Shown here piece after piece: positions 1 through 7,528 of a stretch of DNA of 64,000 nt. A program made the position numbers and the translations under genes. This DNA comes from a virus: positions 1-64,000 of the IMG/VR virus record IMGVR_UViG_3300037851_000500. One strand, written 5' to 3'. Positions within the stretch are counted from its first letter, which is position 1. The number at the start of each line of letters is the position of its first letter. Under the pieces are notes generated by a model. That model saw only the letters and a program-made list of their open reading frames with translations, ran no database searches and was not told where the DNA came from.

Positions 1-2
1 CC

Positions 3-164
3 AATAGGTGGGTAAATAAGTGGGAAACTAAAAACAATAAAATTAATCCTTTAATTGGAGTTTTAATTGAAGATCGTTGCCCACAATGCGGAGCAAGAAC
101 TTGGCTAAATGCAAAAGGCAATCAATGGTGCTGGAATTGTAATTGGGAAACCCTTATTAACTAA
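3..164 (+). CDS. 5'-truncated small Zn-ribbon protein
   Basis: Frame open from the window edge, not in the ORF track: ...EDRCPQCGARTWLNAKGNQWCWNCNWETLIN*; two CxxC pairs. Confidence 0.6.
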   Translation, partial: NRWVNKWETKNNKINPLIGVLIEDRCPQCGARTWLNAKGNQWCWNCNWETLIN

Positions 165-181
165 ACGAAAGGAGCAAAATT

Positions 182-913
182 ATGAGTGAAATAGTTGAAA
201 CAATTGACTACAAGAGCTATCAAATTAATATTCACCAAGATATTGATCCAATTGATCCTGTCAGGGAATTTGATCAATTGGGAACAATGATTTGTTTTCA
301 CCGCAGGTATAATCTTGGGCATAAACACAATTATGATAGTCCAAAGGAAATGTTGTTTGATTTGGTAAAAGAAGCAGATCCATATGTAGTTGATAAATTG
401 GATCATTGGGAATCAGGTAAAGGTTGGGCTTCAATTGCTAAATTAGATGATGCTGTTAAAATATCTAATAATAAGCAAAAAGCAATTATAGAAAAAACAA
501 TTGAAAAGTATTATATTATATTGCCTTTATATTTGTATGATCATTCTGGAATTACAATTAGCACTGGCCCATTTAGTTGCCCTTGGGATTCTGGTCAAGT
601 TGGGTATATTTTTATTTCAAAAGAAAAAGCTAAAAAAGAGTATAGCTGGAAAAATATGTCAAAATCACGAATTGAAAAGGTAATTGGTTATTTGAAAAAT
701 GAAGTCGAAACATACGATCAATTTTTAACAGGTGATGTTTATGGTTATATAATTAGCAATGAAGAAGATGATCATATTGATTCCTGTTGGGGATTTTTTG
801 GACATAATTGGAAAGAAAATGGATTACTTGAAATGGCGGAAAATGCCATTGATTGTGAATTGAAACGGGAATTTGATGTTCTTGAATTTGAAAAAAATTG
901 CTTTGCACTCTAA
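182..913 (+). CDS. Conserved phage hypothetical protein
   Basis: 243-aa ORF with AAGGAG RBS; YLYDHSGITIS...CPWDSGQVG...DSCWGF motifs that I recall from uncharacterised phage early proteins. Confidence 0.7.
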   Translation: MSEIVETIDYKSYQINIHQDIDPIDPVREFDQLGTMICFHRRYNLGHKHNYDSPKEMLFDLVKEADPYVVDKLDHWESGKGWASIAKLDDAVKISNNKQKAIIEKTIEKYYIILPLYLYDHSGITISTGPFSCPWDSGQVGYIFISKEKAKKEYSWKNMSKSRIEKVIGYLKNEVETYDQFLTGDVYGYIISNEEDDHIDSCWGFFGHNWKENGLLEMAENAIDCELKREFDVLEFEKNCFAL

Positions 914-929
914 TTAAAGGAGGAAAATC

Positions 930-1124
930 ATAGCTGATTTAGTTATTACTTATAAAATTATATGCGGAAAGTGTTGTGAAAGTATTGATTTTACTATACA
1001 TGATGCAACTGATCCTACAGAAATTGCAATTGTCAATTGTAAAAGATGTGAAATAGAACTAAAATTAGCTGCAAAAAGGGAATTTATGAAAGAATTGGGG
1101 GATTTTATAACTGTTAGGAGATAA
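930..1124 (+). CDS. Small Zn-binding protein with non-canonical ATA start
   Basis: AAGGAGG at 917-923, 6 nt before ATA; 64 codons (I/M)ADLVITYKIICGKCCES...NCKRCEIELK...RR*; fills the gap between neighbours. Confidence 0.6.
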   Translation: MADLVITYKIICGKCCESIDFTIHDATDPTEIAIVNCKRCEIELKLAAKREFMKELGDFITVRR

Positions 1125-1129
1125 AAATT

Positions 1130-1321
1130 ATGAAAAATAGATACCATATGGAATCAATTAATAATAGATTTTTTATTGAAGCTGAATTTCACGATGTTGG
1201 ATACAATTATTTAAAAAGAATAAGATCGACCGATTTAAGATTTAAAAGGTGTAGAATTAAATCTGTAATTCAAACAGAACCAACTAAAATTCCACTTTAT
1301 GAAATTATAGAAAGGACTTAA
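1130..1321 (+). CDS. Hypothetical protein
   Basis: 63-aa ORF, AGGAG RBS, tight packing. Confidence 0.55.
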   Translation: MKNRYHMESINNRFFIEAEFHDVGYNYLKRIRSTDLRFKRCRIKSVIQTEPTKIPLYEIIERT

Positions 1322-1323
1322 TT

Positions 1324-1587
1324 ATGCCTGGATGCCCTATTTGTGACGATGAAATGGAAAAATGTGATTTTTGTAAACAGACTACATATTGTCTCAATTG
1401 CGGTTGTCAATCAAATACATGCCAAAATATAAAAATAAATAGGAATAAAAAATCAGAAACAATTACATTTAGACTTACAAAATCACTATTAAAGCAAGTT
1501 GATACTTATTCTAAGAGGTACAAATTAAATAGAACTACTGCGATTGAGGAATTAATTAAAAGTGGGTTAAGTAATGTTAATTATTAA
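1324..1587 (+). CDS. Zn-finger plus ribbon-helix-helix (CopG-like) DNA-binding protein
   Basis: CPIC/CDFC/CLNCGC N-terminus; C-terminal TITFRLTKSLLKQVDTYSKRYKLNRTTAIEELIKSGL fits the RHH pattern. Confidence 0.65.
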   Translation: MPGCPICDDEMEKCDFCKQTTYCLNCGCQSNTCQNIKINRNKKSETITFRLTKSLLKQVDTYSKRYKLNRTTAIEELIKSGLSNVNY

Positions 1588-1599
1588 TAATTTCATCAC

Positions 1600-1628
1600 T
1601 TGACAAATCAATCCAAGTTTAGTATATT
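1600..1628 (+). promoter_or_regulatory. Sigma70-type promoter
   Basis: TTGACA (1600-1605), 17-bp spacer, TATATT (1623-1628), intergenic, upstream of the RBS of 1682. Confidence 0.75.
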
Positions 1629-1681
1629 TATAAACAGGTGCTACACCCATGTAAATCGACTATTAAAGGAAGGAGGAAATT

Positions 1682-2095
1682 ATGCCCAGACCCAAAAAAG
1701 CAATGGCAATTCAAAAGAAAAATGAGGATGTAAAAAAGTGGTTTAAATCTGGTCCGGTGCAGGAAATTACAAGAGAAGATTGGTTTAAAATGCACCCAAT
1801 TCATAGGCACCTTTATAATGCCTATAAGAGAAAGGAACAACTGGAAAAAGAACTGGAAATTGTTACAGGCGAAATCAAATCCATGTCTGTCCCAATTATG
1901 GAAGCAATTAAAAATGATCCTAACAGCATTTTTAATGATTGGGCATGGATTGAAACCATGCATCAGTCCAAACCTAAATGGAAAGAAATTGCAATATCCA
2001 TTAATGAGAAAAAGGCTCTGAAATTAGCAAAAGAATACCTCTCCAAGAAGTTCCCATTCCTTAGAATCAAATTTATTCACCCAAATAAAGATTAA
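1682..2095 (+). CDS. Hypothetical protein
   Basis: 137-aa ORF with strong AAGGAGG RBS, directly after the promoter. Confidence 0.7.
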   Translation: MPRPKKAMAIQKKNEDVKKWFKSGPVQEITREDWFKMHPIHRHLYNAYKRKEQLEKELEIVTGEIKSMSVPIMEAIKNDPNSIFNDWAWIETMHQSKPKWKEIAISINEKKALKLAKEYLSKKFPFLRIKFIHPNKD

Positions 2096-2098
2096 TTT

Positions 2099-3769
2099 AT
2101 GTTTGTTGTAAAAATTCCTTTATGGAAAGCGTATCTCTATTCCTTAATGGAGAGAATCCGAATTTATAGGTCTATTAATATTAATTACTATAGATTTGGA
2201 TTCAATCTAAATGAAAAATTTTTATTAAAGAGTATGTTTAAAAAATATACTCAGAAAGGAGGGTATAAACAAGGTTACAGAGAATTAAGATCAGTTTTAT
2301 ATTCTAAATTAGTAAAAGCAGTCAAAAATCAGGCAGTAATAGCAACACCAGAGGAAATGGAAATAATAAACAAAATATCAATCGTAAACAAACTAAATGT
2401 GGAGGATCTTATGAACTTTGAAATTAAGACACTTAAAGAATTTGCTAAAGAAGTTGGAATCAATGCAATTGCAGCAGCTAAAATGAAACCAGAGGAGTTG
2501 GCTAAGGAAATCATTAAAGCAGTTGACCCTAAGAAGGGCTATTCTACTGATTTTGTAAAGTGGTATGACTCAATTGATGATTCTTTTATTAATTCAATTG
2601 AGGTTGAGGGTGGCGCTGAAAATGTTGCTACTGGTGAAGATAATTCTGAATTGATTGAGATTATCAATGGCTGTACTAAAATGGGAGAATTGAAAGAACT
2701 AATTGCTGATGAGTCTGTTAAGGATAAATTCAAAGGCTTTGACATTAGCCAATTTAAATTGGCTGGACCTACTAAAAAAGCCTTGGTTGAATTTCTGAAT
2801 AGTGATAAATCAGCCGGTTCTGACAATTCCGATGATAAAATGGAAATTGCTAAGGCTGTTATGGAAGCTGCAACCGATGACGATTTGGTTGCTGTAATTG
2901 AGGCATCAAATGATTATTTTACCGATTTTGATCCTGGTGAAGTAACCGATTTGGATGCTATGAAACAGGCAATTATTAAACACCTGGGAGTTGAATTGGA
3001 AGCTCCTAAAGCGGAAAAGAAAATGAGCCTAAAGGATAAGATTAAAGCTAAAAGCAAAACTGAGCCTGCTACTGAGGCTGTTACTATGGTAGTTGATTTT
3101 GATCCTACTCCTGGCAATTTCGATCCTGAAGTAGTTTATGAGGGCGCGGATAAACTCAAAATTGGGGATTTGAAGAAATTCTATTCCCAATTGAGCAAAA
3201 TCACCAGAATTGAAATGGCATCCAATAAGCCTGGAATTACCAAAGATGCGCTTATGGATAACATTGGTAATGCCCTTATGGATTTGTCTGAAAATGGTCC
3301 TAAAGAAGTTGTTTGTGAATGCCCCCCTGCTGCTGAAGAAGGGGAATTGGAAATTACCAGAAAAGTAGTTGAAGATGCCGCTAAAGCAGAAGATAAGGAT
3401 ACGCTTGCTGCAATGTGTGAGAAAATGGGAATCAGCCTTAATGCACTTGAAAAGCGTAATGTCAATCGCATGAAAGACAAATTGCTTGCTAAATTGCCCG
3501 CTGAAGAAGCTCCCGCAAAGGGTAAATTGGGGCTTCTAAAGAAAAAGGCAGAAGTAAAGGAAGAACCTGCTACACCCCCTTCCGAATCCAAATTGGTAGA
3601 AATTTTCTCCGTAATTGAAAAAATGGTTTTGGAAGAAACAGAAGAAAAGGCAATTGTGGATGCTGTTACGCCACTTTATAAGGCTAATGGTGTTTCCCCG
3701 CTGCTTATTAAGAAACGGGTAAAGATTTTGATTGAAGTTATTCAGGTAGAGCATGGAATCAAGAAGTAA
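2099..3769 (+). CDS. Acidic protein with several helix-extension-helix (Rho-N/SAP-like) modules; probable main start at 2411
   Basis: Repeated units such as IKTLKEFAKEVGINA..KPEELAKEII, IGDLKKFYSQL..TKDALMDNI and KDTLAAMCEKMGI..MKDKLL separated by acidic or Pro/Ala linkers; GGAGG at 2401 precedes ATG 2411. Confidence 0.55.
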   Translation: MFVVKIPLWKAYLYSLMERIRIYRSININYYRFGFNLNEKFLLKSMFKKYTQKGGYKQGYRELRSVLYSKLVKAVKNQAVIATPEEMEIINKISIVNKLNVEDLMNFEIKTLKEFAKEVGINAIAAAKMKPEELAKEIIKAVDPKKGYSTDFVKWYDSIDDSFINSIEVEGGAENVATGEDNSELIEIINGCTKMGELKELIADESVKDKFKGFDISQFKLAGPTKKALVEFLNSDKSAGSDNSDDKMEIAKAVMEAATDDDLVAVIEASNDYFTDFDPGEVTDLDAMKQAIIKHLGVELEAPKAEKKMSLKDKIKAKSKTEPATEAVTMVVDFDPTPGNFDPEVVYEGADKLKIGDLKKFYSQLSKITRIEMASNKPGITKDALMDNIGNALMDLSENGPKEVVCECPPAAEEGELEITRKVVEDAAKAEDKDTLAAMCEKMGISLNALEKRNVNRMKDKLLAKLPAEEAPAKGKLGLLKKKAEVKEEPATPPSESKLVEIFSVIEKMVLEETEEKAIVDAVTPLYKANGVSPLLIKKRVKILIEVIQVEHGIKK

Positions 3770-3781
3770 TTAACCAATTAA

Positions 3782-3852
3782 ATTGGTCGAGCGAACGGTA
3801 ACGCAATATACTCGAAATGTAAGGGTCGCGCTGTCCGGTATATTGGACCAAT
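3782..3852 (+). ncRNA. Candidate structured RNA in the polymerase 5' leader
   Basis: GC-rich intergenic island; ATTGGTC(3782-88) pairs with GACCAAT(3846-52) and CAATATAC(3804-11) with GTATATTG(3838-45). Confidence 0.45.
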
Positions 3853-3875
3853 GTACAAACAATTAAGGATTCATA

Positions 3876-5483
3876 ATGACTAAATTCTATTATCCAATAC
3901 CAGAAAAAGGATATAGAGCCGAAACATACAATTGCGAGAAATGTGGAATCAGGAACAAACGTGAATTAGAAACACCCAACATGAAACCAGTAATTGGTTC
4001 TAAATATGATGGGTTTTTAATTGTTACTGAAAATCTTACAAAAGAGGATGACCGTAAAGGAATGCCTCTTATGAATAAAAAAGCTGTTGAGTATTTTCGT
4101 TTACCCTGCCTAAAAAATCGTTTTAATATAGTTGATAATGCTGCAATTGTTCCCCTGGTTGGTTGTCAAATTGGTAAAGTCACTGATACTTATGCCCGAT
4201 GTTGCTTTGAAAATTTTGCTAATAAATGGATTACAGAATTAAAACCCAAAGTAATTGTGACCTTGGGGGAATTACCTTTTAAATTTATAATGCATAATGC
4301 CACTAAATTAGGAGCAAAAAAAATCAGAGGTAGAATTATACCTAATTATTATTACAATGCGGTTGTAATGCCAGTATTTAATCCAAATGAAATTGATTCA
4401 TATCATTATCGGGATGCTCTTAAATGGGATTTAAAAAAGATAATCAAAAAATATCAGGGAAAGTATAATAAAAGAAAAGAAGTTAATAATTTTTTAGAGC
4501 GTAGAAAAATCCTTGAAAACATTACAATCAAGGAAATAACCAGTAAAGAAGAATTGGTTGAATTGTTTAAAACATTAAATAGCTTAAAAGAATTTTCTTT
4601 AGATTATGAAACAACTAATACCAAACCATATGATGACGATTTTGAAATTGTTTTAGTTCAATTTGGTATAAAAAGCATAGCATGGTGTATTTATGAAAAC
4701 ACATTTAAACCAAATTGGACATATTTTAAGGAACAAATGAAATCCCTTTTATTAAACCCTAATATAAAAAAGATAATTCAAAACTCTAAATTTGAAGATT
4801 TATGTTCTCGAAGGGTATTTGGAATTGACTATATACGAAATACAGAATGTACCATGTTAGCAACTCATGTAATTGATGAGCGTAGAGGTTGTACCAGTTT
4901 GGATTTTCAAAATTTGGTTAGATTTGGAATTCCAGCCTACAGTGCCAAAGTAAAATCACTTCTTAAAATCAAGGAAGAAGATGATGTAATTGTAAAAACT
5001 AATAGAGTAAAAGAAATTAAAAAAGAGGATCTAATTCAATACGGTGCCCTGGATGTAATTACAACATTTAATAATTGGAAGCTACTTGAAAAAATACTCC
5101 CACAAAAATACCCAAAAGCACAGGAAAATTATGAATTTCTTAAATCTGGACATTGGGCATTTGCTAATATGAGCCAAAGAGGAATCACAATTGATCTAAA
5201 TGAACAACAAAGATTAATTTCTCTCTTTGAAAAAGAAATGGAAAAAATATTAATTAGGATTTTAGAAATACCAGAATTTGCTGAGTTCAATGAGTTTATA
5301 CGAAAAACAAAACACCCTGAGAAAAAATCAATGGAATCCATTAGAGAAAAATTGAGTAAGGTGTCCAATGGAAGAATACGGAATAGACTTCTCAAATCAA
5401 ATGGCGGATCTGACAAATCTGGCAGTTTATCACCTATCAAACGACATAGGCTTCAGGTTATACCTAATAGACCTGGAAGATAA
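3876..5483 (+). CDS. polA: DNA polymerase A, N-terminal part (family-4 UDG-like domain + 3'-5' exonuclease + start of thumb)
   Basis: CEKC and later Cys residues, KPKVIVTLGE (UDG-like); ExoI SLDYETT, ExoII QNSKFE, ExoIII YGALDV; MSQRGITID thumb-base motif. Confidence 0.85.
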   Translation: MTKFYYPIPEKGYRAETYNCEKCGIRNKRELETPNMKPVIGSKYDGFLIVTENLTKEDDRKGMPLMNKKAVEYFRLPCLKNRFNIVDNAAIVPLVGCQIGKVTDTYARCCFENFANKWITELKPKVIVTLGELPFKFIMHNATKLGAKKIRGRIIPNYYYNAVVMPVFNPNEIDSYHYRDALKWDLKKIIKKYQGKYNKRKEVNNFLERRKILENITIKEITSKEELVELFKTLNSLKEFSLDYETTNTKPYDDDFEIVLVQFGIKSIAWCIYENTFKPNWTYFKEQMKSLLLNPNIKKIIQNSKFEDLCSRRVFGIDYIRNTECTMLATHVIDERRGCTSLDFQNLVRFGIPAYSAKVKSLLKIKEEDDVIVKTNRVKEIKKEDLIQYGALDVITTFNNWKLLEKILPQKYPKAQENYEFLKSGHWAFANMSQRGITIDLNEQQRLISLFEKEMEKILIRILEIPEFAEFNEFIRKTKHPEKKSMESIREKLSKVSNGRIRNRLLKSNGGSDKSGSLSPIKRHRLQVIPNRPGR

Positions 5484-5637
5484 AAGGCTGCAACAAGAAA
5501 GAGTTGATATTTTTAATAGAGCAATTAAATCTATTACTGGGGAATATAAAAAGAAAGGGAAAAAATCAAATGGACAAATTACCAAAAGAAGTTTTAGAGA
5601 AAACAGCTTACCTGATAGAAAAATATCATTTAGTTGA
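5368..5637 (+). CDS. Hypothetical protein between the polymerase halves
   Basis: 89-aa ORF, AAGGTG RBS, overlaps both neighbours, ends RKISFS. Confidence 0.55.
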   Translation: MEEYGIDFSNQMADLTNLAVYHLSNDIGFRLYLIDLEDKRLQQERVDIFNRAIKSITGEYKKKGKKSNGQITKRSFRENSLPDRKISFS

Positions 5638-6229
5638 AAACAGGGGAGAAACGAGCATTATTGTTTTAGGCACTACTTTAATATTTAAAAATTTCGTTAT
5701 AAAAGAAATTATGGAAAAATTAGCTCCAATATATATTGCTATGCGTGGTACTCTCCAGCATTTAATGAGAGATATGGATAATTATGAAGGAAAAGACGTT
5801 GTAGAACCATTTATAAAATTATCTGATGCATTTTTTGCGCTATTATTTTTATGTATCAATGTAGAAAAATCCCAATTAGATATTTTTATTAGAAAATTTA
5901 CAAATTTAATGAAAGATGAAATGTTTGACTCAAAATCAGGTAATAAGGATATTTTTGAATCTTTTCAAATTTTTGTAGATTTAATTTGTACTTGTGATTA
6001 TATATTTTACAGAGGAATAGAATTATCAATGTTAATGATGAAAACAATTGAAAGTGGTGATTTAGAACAAATTAAAAATCTACCAAAAATTGTTCCATAT
6101 GACATTATTACAGCTAATTCTAAAGAAGAATTAGAATATAAATTAAAACAAAAGGGGGAAAAGGAAGAAATTAAAAAGCAAGAACAACAATATGATTTAT
6201 CAACAATGAATATAATTGGAGAAGCATAA
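5570..6229 (+). CDS. Hypothetical helical protein between the polymerase halves
   Basis: ORF track 5504-6229; likelier ATG at 5570 after AAGGGA; stop overlaps the ATG of the polymerase C-half (TAATG); no nuclease motifs. Confidence 0.65.
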   Translation: MDKLPKEVLEKTAYLIEKYHLVENRGETSIIVLGTTLIFKNFVIKEIMEKLAPIYIAMRGTLQHLMRDMDNYEGKDVVEPFIKLSDAFFALLFLCINVEKSQLDIFIRKFTNLMKDEMFDSKSGNKDIFESFQIFVDLICTCDYIFYRGIELSMLMMKTIESGDLEQIKNLPKIVPYDIITANSKEELEYKLKQKGEKEEIKKQEQQYDLSTMNIIGEA

Positions 6230-7455
6230 TGCCGGGAATAAAGGATCAAATATATGTAAATTTAAGATCTAACCCACAATTACAGGAATTCTTATTTGAA
6301 TTTCTTAAATTAAAACCTGTACGTGAACAAAATCAAAAGACAGGTAACTTTTCTACTGATGAAGCTGTTTTAACTCATTATGCAGAAAAAGAAAATGTGG
6401 AATTTTGTAAATTACTTTTGTCTTATAGGAAATTAGAAAAAGCAAGAAGTACATATTTAGAGGGCATAAGACGATTTATAGAAAAAAGTGGGTGTATAAT
6501 TCACCCTGATTTATGGCTAAATGTAGCAGAGACATATAGATCAAGCTCAACAGACCCAAATTTCCAAAATCAGCCTAAACACGGTGAAATAATTCCTGGT
6601 GTTAATTGGTCCGTAATTAGAAAGATGTACACTAAATTGGGGCCAAAATGGTTATTTGCAGAATGTGATTATGAGGGGGCGGAAGTAAAATCAGCAGCAA
6701 TGGAATCTCAAGACCAGCAATTAATAGATGATTTAAATAATGACATGGATATGCATTCACATTGGTCCAGGCCATTATTTGGATTACAGGGAATGGAATA
6801 TACCCAAGTAAAAACAGAACATAAAGAGGAACGCTTTTTAACTAAAAATAATTTTACTTTTGCAACCATGTTTGGAGCATCAAATATGAGTGTTGCAGAA
6901 GAAATGCGTAAACAAGAATTTTTTAGAAAATATGTTTATGAAAAGTTTTATAGGCAATCGGCTAAACCCATTGATTGGGAACAATATTTTGTAGAATTTA
7001 GTGAAAAATTAGTATTAGATTGTCAAAATCAATTTTTTGATCGTTATAAAGGATTAAAAAGATTCTATGATGCAATTCTAAAAATATATTGGGAATATGG
7101 TTATGTAGAAAATTTGCTTGGATTTAGACGTAATTACCCTTTAAAAAGAAATGAAATTATTAATTTTAGAATTCAATCAACATCATTTCTTTTGTTATTA
7201 GATTCAATTATTCAAATTGAAAAATGGCTTGAGCGCAATCCAATGAAATCCAGGCCGATTTCTCAAATCCATGATTCAATGGAAAACAACATCTATATTC
7301 CAGAAGCAGGTGAATATATTGAAATGGTAGATTACTTTATGATTAATAAGCCGCATTTACCATTTACGCATAAAATTAAAATGGGGACAGAATGGGAGGT
7401 GGGGCGGAATTGGGAATCTATGTTTGTTATTAAAAATTATAAAATGGCCGCTTGA
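6229..7455 (+). CDS. polA: DNA polymerase A, C-terminal polymerase part
   Basis: NLRSNPQLQEFLF thumb, STDEAVL, TYRSSSTDPNFQNQP, motif A DYEGAE, motif B RFLTKNNFTFATMFG, NFRIQS, motif C QIHDS. Confidence 0.9.
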   Translation: MPGIKDQIYVNLRSNPQLQEFLFEFLKLKPVREQNQKTGNFSTDEAVLTHYAEKENVEFCKLLLSYRKLEKARSTYLEGIRRFIEKSGCIIHPDLWLNVAETYRSSSTDPNFQNQPKHGEIIPGVNWSVIRKMYTKLGPKWLFAECDYEGAEVKSAAMESQDQQLIDDLNNDMDMHSHWSRPLFGLQGMEYTQVKTEHKEERFLTKNNFTFATMFGASNMSVAEEMRKQEFFRKYVYEKFYRQSAKPIDWEQYFVEFSEKLVLDCQNQFFDRYKGLKRFYDAILKIYWEYGYVENLLGFRRNYPLKRNEIINFRIQSTSFLLLLDSIIQIEKWLERNPMKSRPISQIHDSMENNIYIPEAGEYIEMVDYFMINKPHLPFTHKIKMGTEWEVGRNWESMFVIKNYKMAA

Positions 7456-7480
7456 CATTAATTAAAAAAAGAGATAATAT
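7452..7480 (+). promoter_or_regulatory. Sigma70-type promoter for the AAA cluster
   Basis: TTGACA (7452-7457), 17 bp, TAATAT (7475-7480). Confidence 0.65.
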
Positions 7481-7528
7481 CATCCAAGTTAATCCAACTA
7501 ACCCTCAACCAAACGAAAGGAGCAAAAC

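Noticed and set aside
2329-3754. Antisense ORFs in the track here and elsewhere (e.g. 37174-37698, 63160-63603)
   Set aside because: Shadows of biased codon usage on the coding strand, with no RBS or motifs.
3782-3852. Degenerate tRNA or known ribozyme
   Set aside because: A D-arm-like GCGAACGGTAACGC is present, but there is no T-arm, and no hammerhead or other catalytic core that I recognise.
5300-6260. Group I/II intron, split intein or ribosomal bypass joining the polymerase halves
   Set aside because: No visible structured intron core, no Cys/Ser start or HN end, the intervening ORFs lack nuclease or RT motifs, and the C-half has its own RBS. Not excluded without RNA data.
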